NCBI GenBank assembly: GCA_040218735.1
Contig: JAVJQW010000023.1
Location: forward strand, 544,001 to 608,000
From: Deltaproteobacteria bacterium
GTDB taxonomy: Bacteria; Myxococcota; Kuafuiibacteriia; Kuafuiibacteriales; Kuafuiibacteriaceae
Reading direction: 5' to 3'
Length of the DNA stretch: 64,000 nt
This document shows, in pieces, positions 18,734 to 28,697 of the stretch (the first letter of the stretch is position 1; every line of letters begins with the position of its first letter). The translations under genes and the position numbers were made by a program. Under the pieces are notes generated by a model, which saw only the letters and a list, made by a program, of their open reading frames with translations, did no database searches and was not told the DNA's origin.

Positions 18734-20335
18734 TCAGGGGGCGTCGGCGCCGCCCGAAAACGCGATCAGCACGACGACGACGACCAAGGTCCCGAGCCCC
18801 ACGATGCCGGCGCGCCACAGCGGCGGTGCGGTTCGGAACGCTTCGTAGGCCCGCTCGACGTGCGCGATCACCGTGGTGATCGCGTTCGGCTCGTACCGGG
18901 GAGGCGGGCGCGGATAGGCGACGCGCTCCTGCGTGTCGACCGCCGAACCGTCGGGGAGCACGGCCTCGACGAACGCCGCGACTTCGTGCGCACCCGTGTC
19001 CCATCCGTGGTCGACGACCACGCCGCGAATCGCGTCGCGCATCGCAGCTGCGGTTGCGAATCGATCGTCCGGCTTGGTGGCGAGCGCCTGCGCGAGGATC
19101 GACTCGAGCGCTTCGGGGAGATCGTCGCGATGGTGCCGAACGCGAGCGACGAAGTCCGTGTCGAGGGTGCGGAACACCGCCTCGGCGTCGGTGTCGACGA
19201 GAGGCCGCCGGGTGAGCAACTCGAACGCGAGGAGCCCGGCCGCGAAGACATCCGTACGGCGCTCGATCGGCTGGCCGGCGAGCTGCTCGGGCGCCATGTA
19301 GCGGCTCTTGCCCGCCGGCCCCTGGGCGCGCGCGATGCCGAAGTCCGAGAGCTTCACTTCACCGGCCCGAGACAGCAGGACGTTCGACGGCGAGACGTCG
19401 CGATGCACGATGCCGAGCGACGCTCCGTCCACGTCCGTCGCGTTGTGGCAGTAGTCGAGGCCCTGGAGGATCTGCACCACGATGTGCAGCGCGACGGCGA
19501 TCGGGACGTCCTTCTCCTGCTTGGCGTACTCGCCGAGCACCTGCAGGAGGTCGCAGCCCTCGACGTGCTCCATCGCGATGAACAGCACGCCGTCGGCTTC
19601 GCCGAGGTCGTGCACCTGAACGATGTTCGGGTGGCGAAGTCCGACGCTCAGCTCGGCCTCGCCGACGAACGCCTGCCTCGCCTCCTCGTCGCGCGCGAGC
19701 TTGGGGAGCAGACGTTTGATCGCCAACGTCGCCGCCGGACCGGTGGCGCCCTTCACGTTCGCGACGAAGATCTCCGCCATCCCGCCTTTGCCGATGCGCC
19801 GTCCGAGCTCGTACTCACCGAACGTCTCGTGCGGCGGCGCCGCGGTCACTTCGACGAGGTCGGCCTCGGCAAACGGGAGGTCCTCCGTGGAGTCGCCGTA
19901 GTAGTGGACCAGCCCGGCGGCGAGCGCGCTCTGGCTGCACAGGAGCCACGAGACGTTCGTGCCGACGGGGAGCAGCGCCTCCACGGCGCGGCGCGCGTCG
20001 TCGGCGTACGGATCGGTCGTGGCGAGGAACAGACTCTCGCCGTCACCGTGTCGCTTCCGTGCGATCGGAATGACGCGATGAGCGATCGCGACCTCCGCGG
20101 GCACGAGCTCGAGCACCCGCGGATGCACCGGCGTTCGCAGCGGGTCCACGGTGGGCACGCCGAGGTGACGCGACAGCGCGGAGACGAGGACGTCCTCCTC
20201 GATGTCGCCGGCCTCCACGAGGTAGCGGCCGAGCGCACGCGCGGCGAGGCGCGCCTCGACGACGGCGTCGTCTAGCCGCTCCTCGTCGATGAAGCCCAGC
20301 TCGAGCAGCACGTCACCGAGGCGTTGTCTCGCCAC
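18734..20335 (-). CDS. Ser/Thr protein kinase with N-terminal MshEN/GspE-N (PilB-N) domain and C-terminal transmembrane helix
   Basis: RLGDVLLELGFI...LGRYLVEAGDI; GKGGMAEIF, AIKRL, HRDVSPSNVLL, DFGIA, YMAPEQ; hydrophobic C-terminus. GTG at 20335 chosen as start. Confidence 0.9.
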   Translation of the reverse strand: MARQRLGDVLLELGFIDEERLDDAVVEARLAARALGRYLVEAGDIEEDVLVSALSRHLGVPTVDPLRTPVHPRVLELVPAEVAIAHRVIPIARKRHGDGESLFLATTDPYADDARRAVEALLPVGTNVSWLLCSQSALAAGLVHYYGDSTEDLPFAEADLVEVTAAPPHETFGEYELGRRIGKGGMAEIFVANVKGATGPAATLAIKRLLPKLARDEEARQAFVGEAELSVGLRHPNIVQVHDLGEADGVLFIAMEHVEGCDLLQVLGEYAKQEKDVPIAVALHIVVQILQGLDYCHNATDVDGASLGIVHRDVSPSNVLLSRAGEVKLSDFGIARAQGPAGKSRYMAPEQLAGQPIERRTDVFAAGLLAFELLTRRPLVDTDAEAVFRTLDTDFVARVRHHRDDLPEALESILAQALATKPDDRFATAAAMRDAIRGVVVDHGWDTGAHEVAAFVEAVLPDGSAVDTQERVAYPRPPPRYEPNAITTVIAHVERAYEAFRTAPPLWRAGIVGLGTLVVVVVLIAFSGGADAP

Positions 20336-20388
20336 CGTCGGCCAGCATACGCGCAGAGCCCTCGCGAGGGCAGCCGGCGTCGCGAGCC

Positions 20389-21228
20389 CTAGCGAACGCC
20401 TTCCGGCAGGCCGATCCGGTCGAGGTCCGTCGTGCGGCGCCACGTATCGTCCAGGGTCCTCAGCCTCGACAGCTGGGCGCGCTCGTCGCCACGAATCGCG
20501 CGTGGCGTGCGACCCGGCGCGATCGGTGTGGCGCTACGCAGCGCCGGTCCATTCACCCACATCGGTCGGGGGCCGTAGTTCTGGATGCCCACCATCGCGC
20601 GCCCGACGTAGCGGCCCGACGCGAGGACCGAGAAGCGCACCCAGCGCACGTCGTCGATCGTCACCGCGGTCTCGGGGTGCTCCTCGAGGTCGACCGCGAC
20701 GGCGCCCGCGTCCGCCTCGAAGACGAAGAACGTGACCTCGTCTCCGCGGAACGGCGCGTCCCCCAACGACGCGTCGAAGCCGAGCCAGACCGAAGCGTTG
20801 AATCCGACTCCGGTGAGCCAACCCATCCCGTAGATCGCGACCGTGGCCGGGTGGGTCTCGGTCCCGGGGATCCGCACGACCTCGCGCCGATCGGAGGGGG
20901 TGTCGATGAAGATCTGTCGTTGGATCGGCGGCGGCGCCGTCGCCATCGGGTTCTGATCCACCGCCGGCCAGCCCGCGCTGATCAGCTTGCTCTCGAAGTC
21001 CGGCGCGTTGAGCTGGTTGTCGTCCTCGGCGCCGGGGAGCAGCTCGTACTCGACGAGCGTTCGGATCCGCGCGCCGCCGTCGGGCGGATCGACCGTCTCC
21101 TCGCCGGCGTCCCGCGCGACGCCGGCGTCCTTCATCGGCGGATTCGTTTCGCCGTCGTCATCGTCCTCGCTACAGGCCACCACCGCCACCGCCATGGTCG
21201 CCACCGCGAACCACCGTGCCCGCTGCAT
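20389..21228 (-). CDS. Hypothetical lipoprotein (~279 aa)
   Basis: MQRARWFAVATMAVAVVAC lipobox; start overlaps the stop of the upstream peptidase-like gene. Confidence 0.7.
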   Translation of the reverse strand: MQRARWFAVATMAVAVVACSEDDDDGETNPPMKDAGVARDAGEETVDPPDGGARIRTLVEYELLPGAEDDNQLNAPDFESKLISAGWPAVDQNPMATAPPPIQRQIFIDTPSDRREVVRIPGTETHPATVAIYGMGWLTGVGFNASVWLGFDASLGDAPFRGDEVTFFVFEADAGAVAVDLEEHPETAVTIDDVRWVRFSVLASGRYVGRAMVGIQNYGPRPMWVNGPALRSATPIAPGRTPRAIRGDERAQLSRLRTLDDTWRRTTDLDRIGLPEGVR

Positions 21229-23420
21229 CACTCTGCCTCCGTGAGCCACTGCATCGCCGCCTCGACTTGGGTGTCGATGCCACGCGCTGCGTCGCTCTGT
21301 TTCTGGAAGACGACCTCGTCGGGCTCCACGCCGCGACCGCCGACGTGAACGTCTACCGGATCGGCGGCGCTCCCGAGGATCACGCCGCCCGTCATCTGAA
21401 AGGAGCCGCCGCCGAAGCCCACGCGGTGCAGCGGCGAGAACGCGAGCTCCCCATAGGCGCCGAGGGTCGGGACGGGCCCGAACACCCGCGTCCGCCCCTC
21501 GGGCCGGAGCACACGAACGTTGTACGTGAGCCAGTCGTTACCCGAGCCGTCGATGCCCGTGAGCACGCCGAGCTTGGTGTCGGCGGCGACGTTCGGCGCG
21601 GGGTGTGAGCCGCCGAGCAACGCGTAGTTCGACACGAGCACGCCGCCGCAGATGTAGTAGCCGAAGCCCGGCCACCCGGTGTCGATCGAGCACGCGAACA
21701 TCGCGTCGCGGAGGGCGGTGTCCCCCTCGAAACCCGCGAGCGGCGGCACCACCACGTTCGCCGGGTAGATGTCGTCGGGGAAGAAGAACGACGTCAGCCA
21801 CGCCACGCCCGCGAGCGAGCCTCCGTCACCGCGGCGCTCGTCGAGCAGCATGCGCTGAGGTGCGGGATCGAACGCGGCGGCGATCTCGTTCCACCAGGAC
21901 ATCACGTTGCCGGGTGTCCCGTTGATCTGCAGGATCCGAACGCCCGCGACGGAGGCCGTCGCGACGTGCCCCGTCTGCACGATGTCGGACGCCTCGGCGG
22001 TGCGGAGGAAGCGCGTGTCGCAGGGCAGGCGGAGGCCGCGCCACGCCGGGACCTCGTTCGACCACAGCGCGGCGGACATCGTCGCCGTGGTGACCTCGAT
22101 GATCTCGAGCTCCGCTTCGGAGCACGCGACGCCGTCTTGCCGATCACAGCGCGCGAAGCGCAGCGCGGCGCCCTTGTTCATCGCGACGCCGAGGAGCTGC
22201 GGCGTGGTCACGAAGTCTCGCGCGCGGTCGTCACCGGGGTACAGCAAGTACGGCTCGGCAAGCGCGCGCCACTCGGGGGTCGGGACGTCGTCGACGTGAG
22301 TCAGCACGTCACCCGCCCGCAGCATGCGGGCGACGGGGTGCGCGGGGATCGTGCGGAAGACCATCGGGAGCGTCGCTCGGGTCGGGAGGAGGTCCGCGTC
22401 GGACTGCACCGCGCACGTCCCGGAGCCGAGCCCGCTCACGGGCGCGATGGCGACCCCGCGCGCGTGGCCGTCCTCGAGGTGGTCGACGGCGAGGCGGAAG
22501 CGCGACCAGAATCGTTTGTTCGGAGCCGCGACGATCTCGGCGAGCTCCGCGTCGTAGCGTTCGAGGTTCGCGCGCGCCGCGCGGTGGCCGGAGAAGGTGT
22601 GCCGCTCGAACATCCGGCGCGCGAGGTACGCGTCGCGCATGCGCTCCGTCGCGAAGTCCGGGCCGTCCACGACGGCGCGATCGGCGCAGCGCCCCATCGT
22701 GCAGAGCCCTTCGGCGCCGCAGCGCTGGTCCTCGTCGACGAGCGAGCAGGTCGCGTCCGGCACCGCGGCCTCACCTCGGTCGTAGAACGCAACGGCGTCG
22801 ATCCGCATGCGGCCTTCGAAGTTCGGGACGAACGGCGGCTGCTCGTTCCGCAGCTCGTCGTCCACGTAGAGGACGGGCGCGAGCCGACGCCCGAAGAGGA
22901 AGTCGAACGCACCGGACGTGAGCTCCACCCAGCCGTCGTCGGTCGCACGCCCCGACGGGAGGAGCGGTAGAACGCCGACGTCGTGCACCGACGCGAAGTT
23001 CGGCGCCGCGACCGCAGCCTCCACGTCGCCGCTGAACCAGATGAGGAACGCGCGCGGTCGAGTGCCCTCGGCGCGGTACCACAGCTTCACCTCGACCCGC
23101 CGGTCGCCGAAGCGATCGCGCAGGCCCTCCGTATTCGCGAGCATCATCGCCGACGCCTGCCCACCCATGACGAGCGCGCCGTCGCCTTCGATCGCCGTCC
23201 CGCCCTCGAGGAGCTGGATGATCGCCTGCTCGTCCATGGGGGCGAGGCCGCCGTCGAAGTGAAAGACGTCGAGGCCCTCCGGCGGAGGTCGACCTTCGAA
23301 GCCGTGCACGAGCGCAGCGCCGGAGACGTCGAGGTGCCCCGTCGCGTCGAGCTCTTGAGCGAGCACGACGGCGGGCGACGAGAGCAGGAGGATTATCGCG
23401 AGCGCGTCCGCGTGTCGCAT
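21228..23420 (-). CDS. Secreted S41-family peptidase-like protein
   Basis: Signal peptide from ATG 23420; LEDGH, PDZ-like LRAGDVLTHVDD, LLDERRGDGGS, GSGND, TLGA, GRGVEPDEVV, DTQVEAAMQWL. Confidence 0.75.
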   Translation of the reverse strand: MRHADALAIILLLSSPAVVLAQELDATGHLDVSGAALVHGFEGRPPPEGLDVFHFDGGLAPMDEQAIIQLLEGGTAIEGDGALVMGGQASAMMLANTEGLRDRFGDRRVEVKLWYRAEGTRPRAFLIWFSGDVEAAVAAPNFASVHDVGVLPLLPSGRATDDGWVELTSGAFDFLFGRRLAPVLYVDDELRNEQPPFVPNFEGRMRIDAVAFYDRGEAAVPDATCSLVDEDQRCGAEGLCTMGRCADRAVVDGPDFATERMRDAYLARRMFERHTFSGHRAARANLERYDAELAEIVAAPNKRFWSRFRLAVDHLEDGHARGVAIAPVSGLGSGTCAVQSDADLLPTRATLPMVFRTIPAHPVARMLRAGDVLTHVDDVPTPEWRALAEPYLLYPGDDRARDFVTTPQLLGVAMNKGAALRFARCDRQDGVACSEAELEIIEVTTATMSAALWSNEVPAWRGLRLPCDTRFLRTAEASDIVQTGHVATASVAGVRILQINGTPGNVMSWWNEIAAAFDPAPQRMLLDERRGDGGSLAGVAWLTSFFFPDDIYPANVVVPPLAGFEGDTALRDAMFACSIDTGWPGFGYYICGGVLVSNYALLGGSHPAPNVAADTKLGVLTGIDGSGNDWLTYNVRVLRPEGRTRVFGPVPTLGAYGELAFSPLHRVGFGGGSFQMTGGVILGSAADPVDVHVGGRGVEPDEVVFQKQSDAARGIDTQVEAAMQWLTEAE

Positions 23421-23433
23421 CGCGGGGCGCGAC

Positions 23434-23449
23434 TGCAACGCACGTGCCG
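23434..23449 (-). promoter_or_regulatory. sigma54 -24/-12 promoter motif
   Basis: CGGCACGTGCGTTGCA (GGCAC-N5-TTGCA); ATG at 23420 follows after 13 nt. Confidence 0.75.
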
Positions 23450-23520
23450 CGCTCCGCGTTCGTTCCTGCACACGCGGCGTTTAGATCCGCTTAGATCGTC
23501 GAGTGCTACGCTCGTCGTGC

Positions 23521-25671
23521 ATGCGTCCCGCTCCCCTCCCGCCGCCGCACGTGCCTCCGATCGGTCGAGACGAAACCATCCTCGCGCTGCGAGCGAAGGT
23601 GGTTCGCGGCGAGGTCGTCGCGCTCGTCGGCCCGCCCGGCGTCGGCAAGGCGACCGTCGCGGTGGCGCTCGCCGAAGCGGCGACGGAACGAACCGGCCGC
23701 CCGTTCGCGATCGTCGACGTCGCCCGCGGCGAGTCCCCGCCCCCCGGCGTCGGCCTCGTTCTGCTCGATGTGGACCGAGCCGCCGAGCCGATCGACTGGC
23801 GCACGCTGACGAACCGACCGCTCGTGGTGACCTCGCGCGCCTACTCGCGCTGTCCACCGCTGGCCGCCGACGCCGTCCGTTCCGTTCGACCGCTCTCGCC
23901 CGAGGACACCGCGAAGGTCTTCGCCCGGCTCGTCGGCCATCACGTCTTCGAACCGGACGCCCTCGCCTTCACCGGCGGGCTCGGCGGTTTGATCGCCGAG
24001 GTCGCCGAACGATCCAAGACTGCGCCACTGCTGCGCATCGCCGACGATCTCGCGTGCGGCCGATGGACTTGGTCGCCGCTCGAAGAAGCCATCGAAGCGT
24101 TGAGCCCGCCCGTGCGAAACACGCTCGTACGCCTCGCGCGGCTCGCGCCCGTACCGCGCCGCACCGCGGAGCTGCTCCTCGGCGCGAAGTCGCTCGAGCG
24201 GCACCTGCCGGTCCTGGAGGATCGCGGTTGGGTGTGGCGCGCCGATCAACAGCTCCACGTCGCCGCGCCCCGAGTGTTACTTCGATCGCAGCGAACGCCG
24301 CCGTGGCGCGAGGACGAAGCGGCGCAGATCGTGGACGAAGCCGTGCGCCGACGTGCGCGCCACTACGTGCAGACCTCGCCCGAGGACCTTCGATGGATCC
24401 GGCGATTCCGAGCGCAGCTCCTCGAGATCTCGACTCGCGAGCGCTCGCGCCCCGAGCTCGCGGCGCGCGCGGCGTTTGCGCTGGAGCCGTTGCTCACCAC
24501 GCACGGGTCGATGCTCGACAACGTCGCGATCCTCGACCACGCAAGCGAGCTTGCGCACGAGTCGGATGACCGAACGCTCGTCTCCGCGACCGCGTGGGCC
24601 CAGGGCAAAGCGTGGCTGACGCGCGGATGTTACGAACGCAGCCTCGACGCGCTGATGAAGGCCGATGGGCTGGCACCTTCGATCGACGATGTATCGATCG
24701 CGGCCCACGCGTACGTCGCGATCGGTCACACGCAGGCGGCGCTCGGGGACGTGGCGACGGCGAACGCTTACCTGCGCGAGGCGGAGGGCTGGGCCGACGA
24801 CGCCGACCTCGCCTACGAGCGTGCGCTCGCGCGCGTGCAGTTCGGGTACGTCGCGCTCGCCGCCAACGATCCCGACGAGGCGCTCCGCATCGCCGAGGAG
24901 TCGATCCGTGAGACGACGCTCGCGCAGCTCGAGAGGATCCGCGCGATCGCGGAGCTCGTGCGAGGACGCGCGCTCGTCGAGACGGGTGCGCCGAGGCCCG
25001 CCGTCGGTGCGTTCATGCACGCGGCGTCCGTGTTCGTAGCGCTCGGCGAGTCCGCGCAGGCGAGCAAGGTCTGGACGTTCGCCGCCGACGCGAGCGCCAA
25101 GGCGGGCGACGTCGACGACGCGCGTGCGCTGTGCCTCGACGCGATCGCCCTCGCCCGAAGGACGGACGACGAGGAGAGCGCGCTGTTCGCGCAGGTGGCG
25201 CGAGCGGATCTCGAGCTCAGCGCGGAGCGCATCGCCGAAGCCAGCCACGCGGTGCGCGAGGCCCGCCGACTCGCGGCGCGCGTGGGGACGCCGCTCTCGG
25301 TGGAGCGCCTCGCGGACGTCATGAAGCGGCTCGACCGGATCACACCATCGCCGGCGGCGATCGCGGTGCTCGACCGGGAAGGTCGCTTCGTCCGCCTCGG
25401 CGACGTGCAGCACGATCTCTCACGACGCGCGGCGCTGCGACGCATCCTCGCCCACCTCGTGGCGGCCGCAGAGGAGCGCGCCGGTGAGAGCATCTCCGCC
25501 GACGAGCTCTTCGAAGCGGGCTGGCCGGGCCGGGCCGCGTCGACGAACGCGCGCCGGAAGGTCTACACGGCGCTGTGGGCGCTGCGTCGCCTCGGGCTCG
25601 CCGACGCGATCGTGACGCGCGACGCCGGCTACGCGCTGAGCCCGGGCCGGGTGCGCATCGGTCGACTTTGA
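23521..25671 (+). CDS. Putative transcriptional regulator: degenerate STAND-type ATPase + TPR repeats + C-terminal winged helix
   Basis: IGRDE...LVGPPGVGKA (Walker A-like), LVVTSR, Ala-rich TPR-like helices, C-terminal ISADELFEAGWPG...VYTALWALRRLGL...GYAL. Confidence 0.75.
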   Translation: MRPAPLPPPHVPPIGRDETILALRAKVVRGEVVALVGPPGVGKATVAVALAEAATERTGRPFAIVDVARGESPPPGVGLVLLDVDRAAEPIDWRTLTNRPLVVTSRAYSRCPPLAADAVRSVRPLSPEDTAKVFARLVGHHVFEPDALAFTGGLGGLIAEVAERSKTAPLLRIADDLACGRWTWSPLEEAIEALSPPVRNTLVRLARLAPVPRRTAELLLGAKSLERHLPVLEDRGWVWRADQQLHVAAPRVLLRSQRTPPWREDEAAQIVDEAVRRRARHYVQTSPEDLRWIRRFRAQLLEISTRERSRPELAARAAFALEPLLTTHGSMLDNVAILDHASELAHESDDRTLVSATAWAQGKAWLTRGCYERSLDALMKADGLAPSIDDVSIAAHAYVAIGHTQAALGDVATANAYLREAEGWADDADLAYERALARVQFGYVALAANDPDEALRIAEESIRETTLAQLERIRAIAELVRGRALVETGAPRPAVGAFMHAASVFVALGESAQASKVWTFAADASAKAGDVDDARALCLDAIALARRTDDEESALFAQVARADLELSAERIAEASHAVREARRLAARVGTPLSVERLADVMKRLDRITPSPAAIAVLDREGRFVRLGDVQHDLSRRAALRRILAHLVAAAEERAGESISADELFEAGWPGRAASTNARRKVYTALWALRRLGLADAIVTRDAGYALSPGRVRIGRL

Positions 25672-25748
25672 TCGGAGCGACCCTCCTCGAACGCAACACT
25701 GTCGTCCTCTTGCGTCGATCGATCCGGCGCGGTGGGAGCAGAACGACC

Positions 25749-25764
25749 TGGCATCGTTCGTGCG
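25749..25764 (+). promoter_or_regulatory. sigma54 -24/-12 promoter motif
   Basis: TGGCATCGTTCGTGCG (GG-N10-GC); ATG at 25779 follows after 14 nt; inverted repeat ACGCAA-N13-TTGCGT upstream at 25691-25715. Confidence 0.6.
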
Positions 25765-25778
25765 TTCGCGACGAGCTC

Positions 25779-27017
25779 ATGTCGAAGCGTCGTACCCTGC
25801 CCCTCCTCCTCCTCGTGTTCACGGCCTGCGGTGACGCCGAAACGACGCCGGCGGGTCCCGCTCTCCTCGCCACGCCGATCGCCGCCGAGCTCCGAGTCTA
25901 CGGCGAGCGCGGGAACCTGGCGGAGCCGCTCCCGGTCACGCCCGCGTTCATCGGCTACCGCGGCGAGGGCGACACGTGGGTCGAGCTCGACCCCGCCGAA
26001 GCGGTCGCGTTCGACATCCTCCACGAGCGGTACGCCCTGTGGGTGGTGTGCGCGCCGCTCGAGGGCGACGCACAGACGGTCAGCCAGGTGCTCTACCTCC
26101 ACGCGGAAGACACCGTGCGACCGACCGTCCGCTGCCCGACCGACATCGCGTTGGACCCGTTCCCCGCTCTGGATGTCGAGATCCGGGAGACCGAGAACCG
26201 CTCCATCGGCATCGCCGTGGGCCAGACCCAGTCGCTGTACCACCACATCCAGGGCGGAACCGTGACGATCTCCATCGTCGCGCCCGAGCCGAAGGAGGTC
26301 GATGTGGTGACGCTCCGGAAGTACGAAGGAACCTTCGGCCTGCGCGTCGCGCGCGACGTCCAGATCCGGGAGGGCGCCCAGTTCTTGGTCGACGTCCACG
26401 CCGAGCACGCCGACATCCAGACCGCGAAGCTCGAGAGCCCCGTCAACGGAACGGTCCACACCGTCTTCATCACCGGTGGCGGCACGCAAGCTCACTTGCA
26501 CACCAGCGAGTCGTCGTCCGTCGCGGTCGTCGGGCCGGAGGGCCGCGACGCTGACGACGTCTACGTCGGCATCGTCGAAGTCGACGGCGGCGTTCACCTC
26601 AGCTATCGAGCCGACCCGACGAAGGCGACGTACCGCGCTCCCGAGGTCTTCGACGCCTGGGAGCTCGACCCCGTGGCCAACGGACCGATCGTCGGCGGTA
26701 TCGAGCTCGGCGCGGCTCAGGTCGCGACCTACCTCTACGGCACGGAGAGCTCCTACGTCGAAGCGTTGGCGACGTCGACGTACCTCGGCTCCGACGCGAC
26801 GCTGTCGTTGGACGCGCCCGAGGCCGCCGCGATCGTCGCGCCGAGCGAAGGCGACTTCTTGCAATCCCGGACGCGGCTCCACGAGAGCAACCGCACCCTT
26901 CAGGAGCTCCTCGACGTCGAGATGTTCAAGTCGACGGACGTGCCCCCGCGCGCGAAAGACGGCTTCGACGTCCGGATCTCGGCCCGCGGCACGTCGGGTC
27001 GCCTCGGCCAGCGCTGA
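25779..27017 (+). CDS. Hypothetical beta-rich lipoprotein (~412 aa)
   Basis: MSKRRTLPLLLLVFTAC lipobox; coding-like codon usage. Confidence 0.75.
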   Translation: MSKRRTLPLLLLVFTACGDAETTPAGPALLATPIAAELRVYGERGNLAEPLPVTPAFIGYRGEGDTWVELDPAEAVAFDILHERYALWVVCAPLEGDAQTVSQVLYLHAEDTVRPTVRCPTDIALDPFPALDVEIRETENRSIGIAVGQTQSLYHHIQGGTVTISIVAPEPKEVDVVTLRKYEGTFGLRVARDVQIREGAQFLVDVHAEHADIQTAKLESPVNGTVHTVFITGGGTQAHLHTSESSSVAVVGPEGRDADDVYVGIVEVDGGVHLSYRADPTKATYRAPEVFDAWELDPVANGPIVGGIELGAAQVATYLYGTESSYVEALATSTYLGSDATLSLDAPEAAAIVAPSEGDFLQSRTRLHESNRTLQELLDVEMFKSTDVPPRAKDGFDVRISARGTSGRLGQR

Positions 27018-27073
27018 ACGCGGCGGATCGACTTCGGGCGGGATTCGCCACGTGAGTGTGGCACCATCGCGCG

Positions 27074-28138
27074 ATGCTGATTCGACAGCTGGTAGACCCC
27101 GGCTCGTGGACCTTCACGTACCTCCTCGCCGACCCGGACTCGAAGGCGGCCGTGTTGATCGACCCGGTGCTGGAGCAGTTCCTGCGCGACCTCGCGATCG
27201 TTCGGGAGCTCGGGCTCGATCTCCACTACACGATCGAGACCCACGCCCACGCGGACCATGTCACGTCCGCGTGGCGCTTCAAGCAGAAGCTCGGGAGTCG
27301 GATCGTCGTGTCGAAGGCGTCGGGAGCCGAAGGGGCCGACCGGGTCGTCGAGCACGGTGACGTGATCGAGTTCGGCGCGCATCGACTCGAGGTCCGCGCG
27401 ACGCCGGGGCACACAAATGGGTGCGTCACGTTCGTCACGCCCGACCGCACGATGGCCTTCACCGGCGACGCGTTGATGGTTCGCGGTACGGGTCGCACGG
27501 ACTTTCAGGAGGGTGATGCCGGCCAGCTGTTCCGTTCGGTGCGCGAGGAGATCTTCTCGCTCCCGGCGACGTGCAAGCTCTATCCCGCGCACGACTACCA
27601 GGGCCGCACGGAGACCACCGTCGCGGAGGAGCGCGCGTTCAACCCGCGCGTCGGTGACGACAAGAAGGAGGAGGACTTCGTCGGCTACATGCGCAACCTC
27701 GGTCTTCCCCACCCACGCAAGATCGACGTGGCCGTGCCCGCGAACCTGAAGTGCGGCCGCCTCGACGACGACCCGATCCGCGAGCCCACCTGGGGCCCTC
27801 TGGTCCGGACCGTCGCGGGGGTCTGGGAGGTCGAAGCCAACTGGGTCGCGGAGAACCAAAGCGCGCTGCACGTCATCGACGTTCGCTCCGCGGAGGAGTT
27901 CGACGGCGAGCTCGGCCACGTCCCGGACGCGCAGCTCGTGCCACTTGACGACCTGAGCGATCGACTGGATGCCATGCCGCGCGACCGCCCGGTGATCGCG
28001 GTGTGCCAGTCCGGTGCGCGCTCCTCGAAGGCGACGGCGATCCTCGAGAAGGCCGGCTTCGAGCGTGTCGCGAACCTCAGCGGCGGGATGCTGCGGTGGC
28101 GCCAGCTGGGCCTCCCGGTCCAAGGGGGCGCAGACTGA
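27074..28138 (+). CDS. Persulfide dioxygenase (ETHE1-like MBL fold)-rhodanese fusion
   Basis: ETHAHADH, TPGHT, FTGDAL, GRTDFQ, YPAHDY, AVPANLKCG; rhodanese IDVRSAEEF, VCQSGARS, LSGGMLRW. Confidence 0.92.
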   Translation: MLIRQLVDPGSWTFTYLLADPDSKAAVLIDPVLEQFLRDLAIVRELGLDLHYTIETHAHADHVTSAWRFKQKLGSRIVVSKASGAEGADRVVEHGDVIEFGAHRLEVRATPGHTNGCVTFVTPDRTMAFTGDALMVRGTGRTDFQEGDAGQLFRSVREEIFSLPATCKLYPAHDYQGRTETTVAEERAFNPRVGDDKKEEDFVGYMRNLGLPHPRKIDVAVPANLKCGRLDDDPIREPTWGPLVRTVAGVWEVEANWVAENQSALHVIDVRSAEEFDGELGHVPDAQLVPLDDLSDRLDAMPRDRPVIAVCQSGARSSKATAILEKAGFERVANLSGGMLRWRQLGLPVQGGAD

Positions 28139-28180
28139 GGCCTCGGCCGGCGGCGCGACTTCTCTTTTTTCTCGGGCCCG

Positions 28181-28207
28181 TGTCGAATCGCGTCCAGGCC
28201 GATCGTC
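28181..28207 (+). promoter_or_regulatory. Probable ECF42-type autoregulated promoter
   Basis: TGTCGAA-N16-CGTC upstream of the YciI/ECF42 pair, matching the TGTCGA / CG(A/T)C motif described for ECF42 targets. Confidence 0.55.
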
Positions 28208-28334
28208 ATCGTCCCGATGTGTCGACGAACGGCGCACGAATCGAGGCCAAAACGCCGGCCCGCGGCGCGGGACGGCTTGGCGCAGCTTTCGGACCGGTCG
28301 CTCACGCGACCGGCCTCAGCCGAGGAGGACGAAG

Positions 28335-28697
28335 ATGAAATACATGCTGTTGATCTATGGAGCGCCGGATTCATCGCCGGCACCGGACACGCCGGAGTTC
28401 GGCGCGTACATGGAGGGCTACGTGAAGGCTGACGCCACCTTCAAGGAGGAAGGCGTGATGCTCGGCGGGGAAGCGCTCGAGTCCACCGAGACCGCGACGA
28501 GCGTTCGCATCCGCGGCGGGAAGACGGAGACGATGGACGGCCCGTTCGCAGAGACGAAGGAGCAGCTCGGGGGCTTCTACCTGCTCGAATGCAAGGACCT
28601 CGACGCGGCCATCCGCTACGCGGAGCTGATCCCCGACGCGAAGACCGGGACGGTCGAGATCCGTCCGGTCATGGACGTCAGTCAGTTCGAGGAATGA
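28335..28697 (+). CDS. YciI-family (DGPF) protein
   Basis: MKYMLLIY...DGPFAETKEQLGGFYLLE...VEIRP; GAGGAGG ribosome-binding site. Confidence 0.93.
   Translation: MKYMLLIYGAPDSSPAPDTPEFGAYMEGYVKADATFKEEGVMLGGEALESTETATSVRIRGGKTETMDGPFAETKEQLGGFYLLECKDLDAAIRYAELIPDAKTGTVEIRPVMDVSQFEE

Noticed and set aside
28136-28172. Intrinsic terminator after the dioxygenase-rhodanese gene
   Set aside because: A T-tract is present but no convincing stem directly precedes it; it may belong to the ECF42 promoter upstream region.
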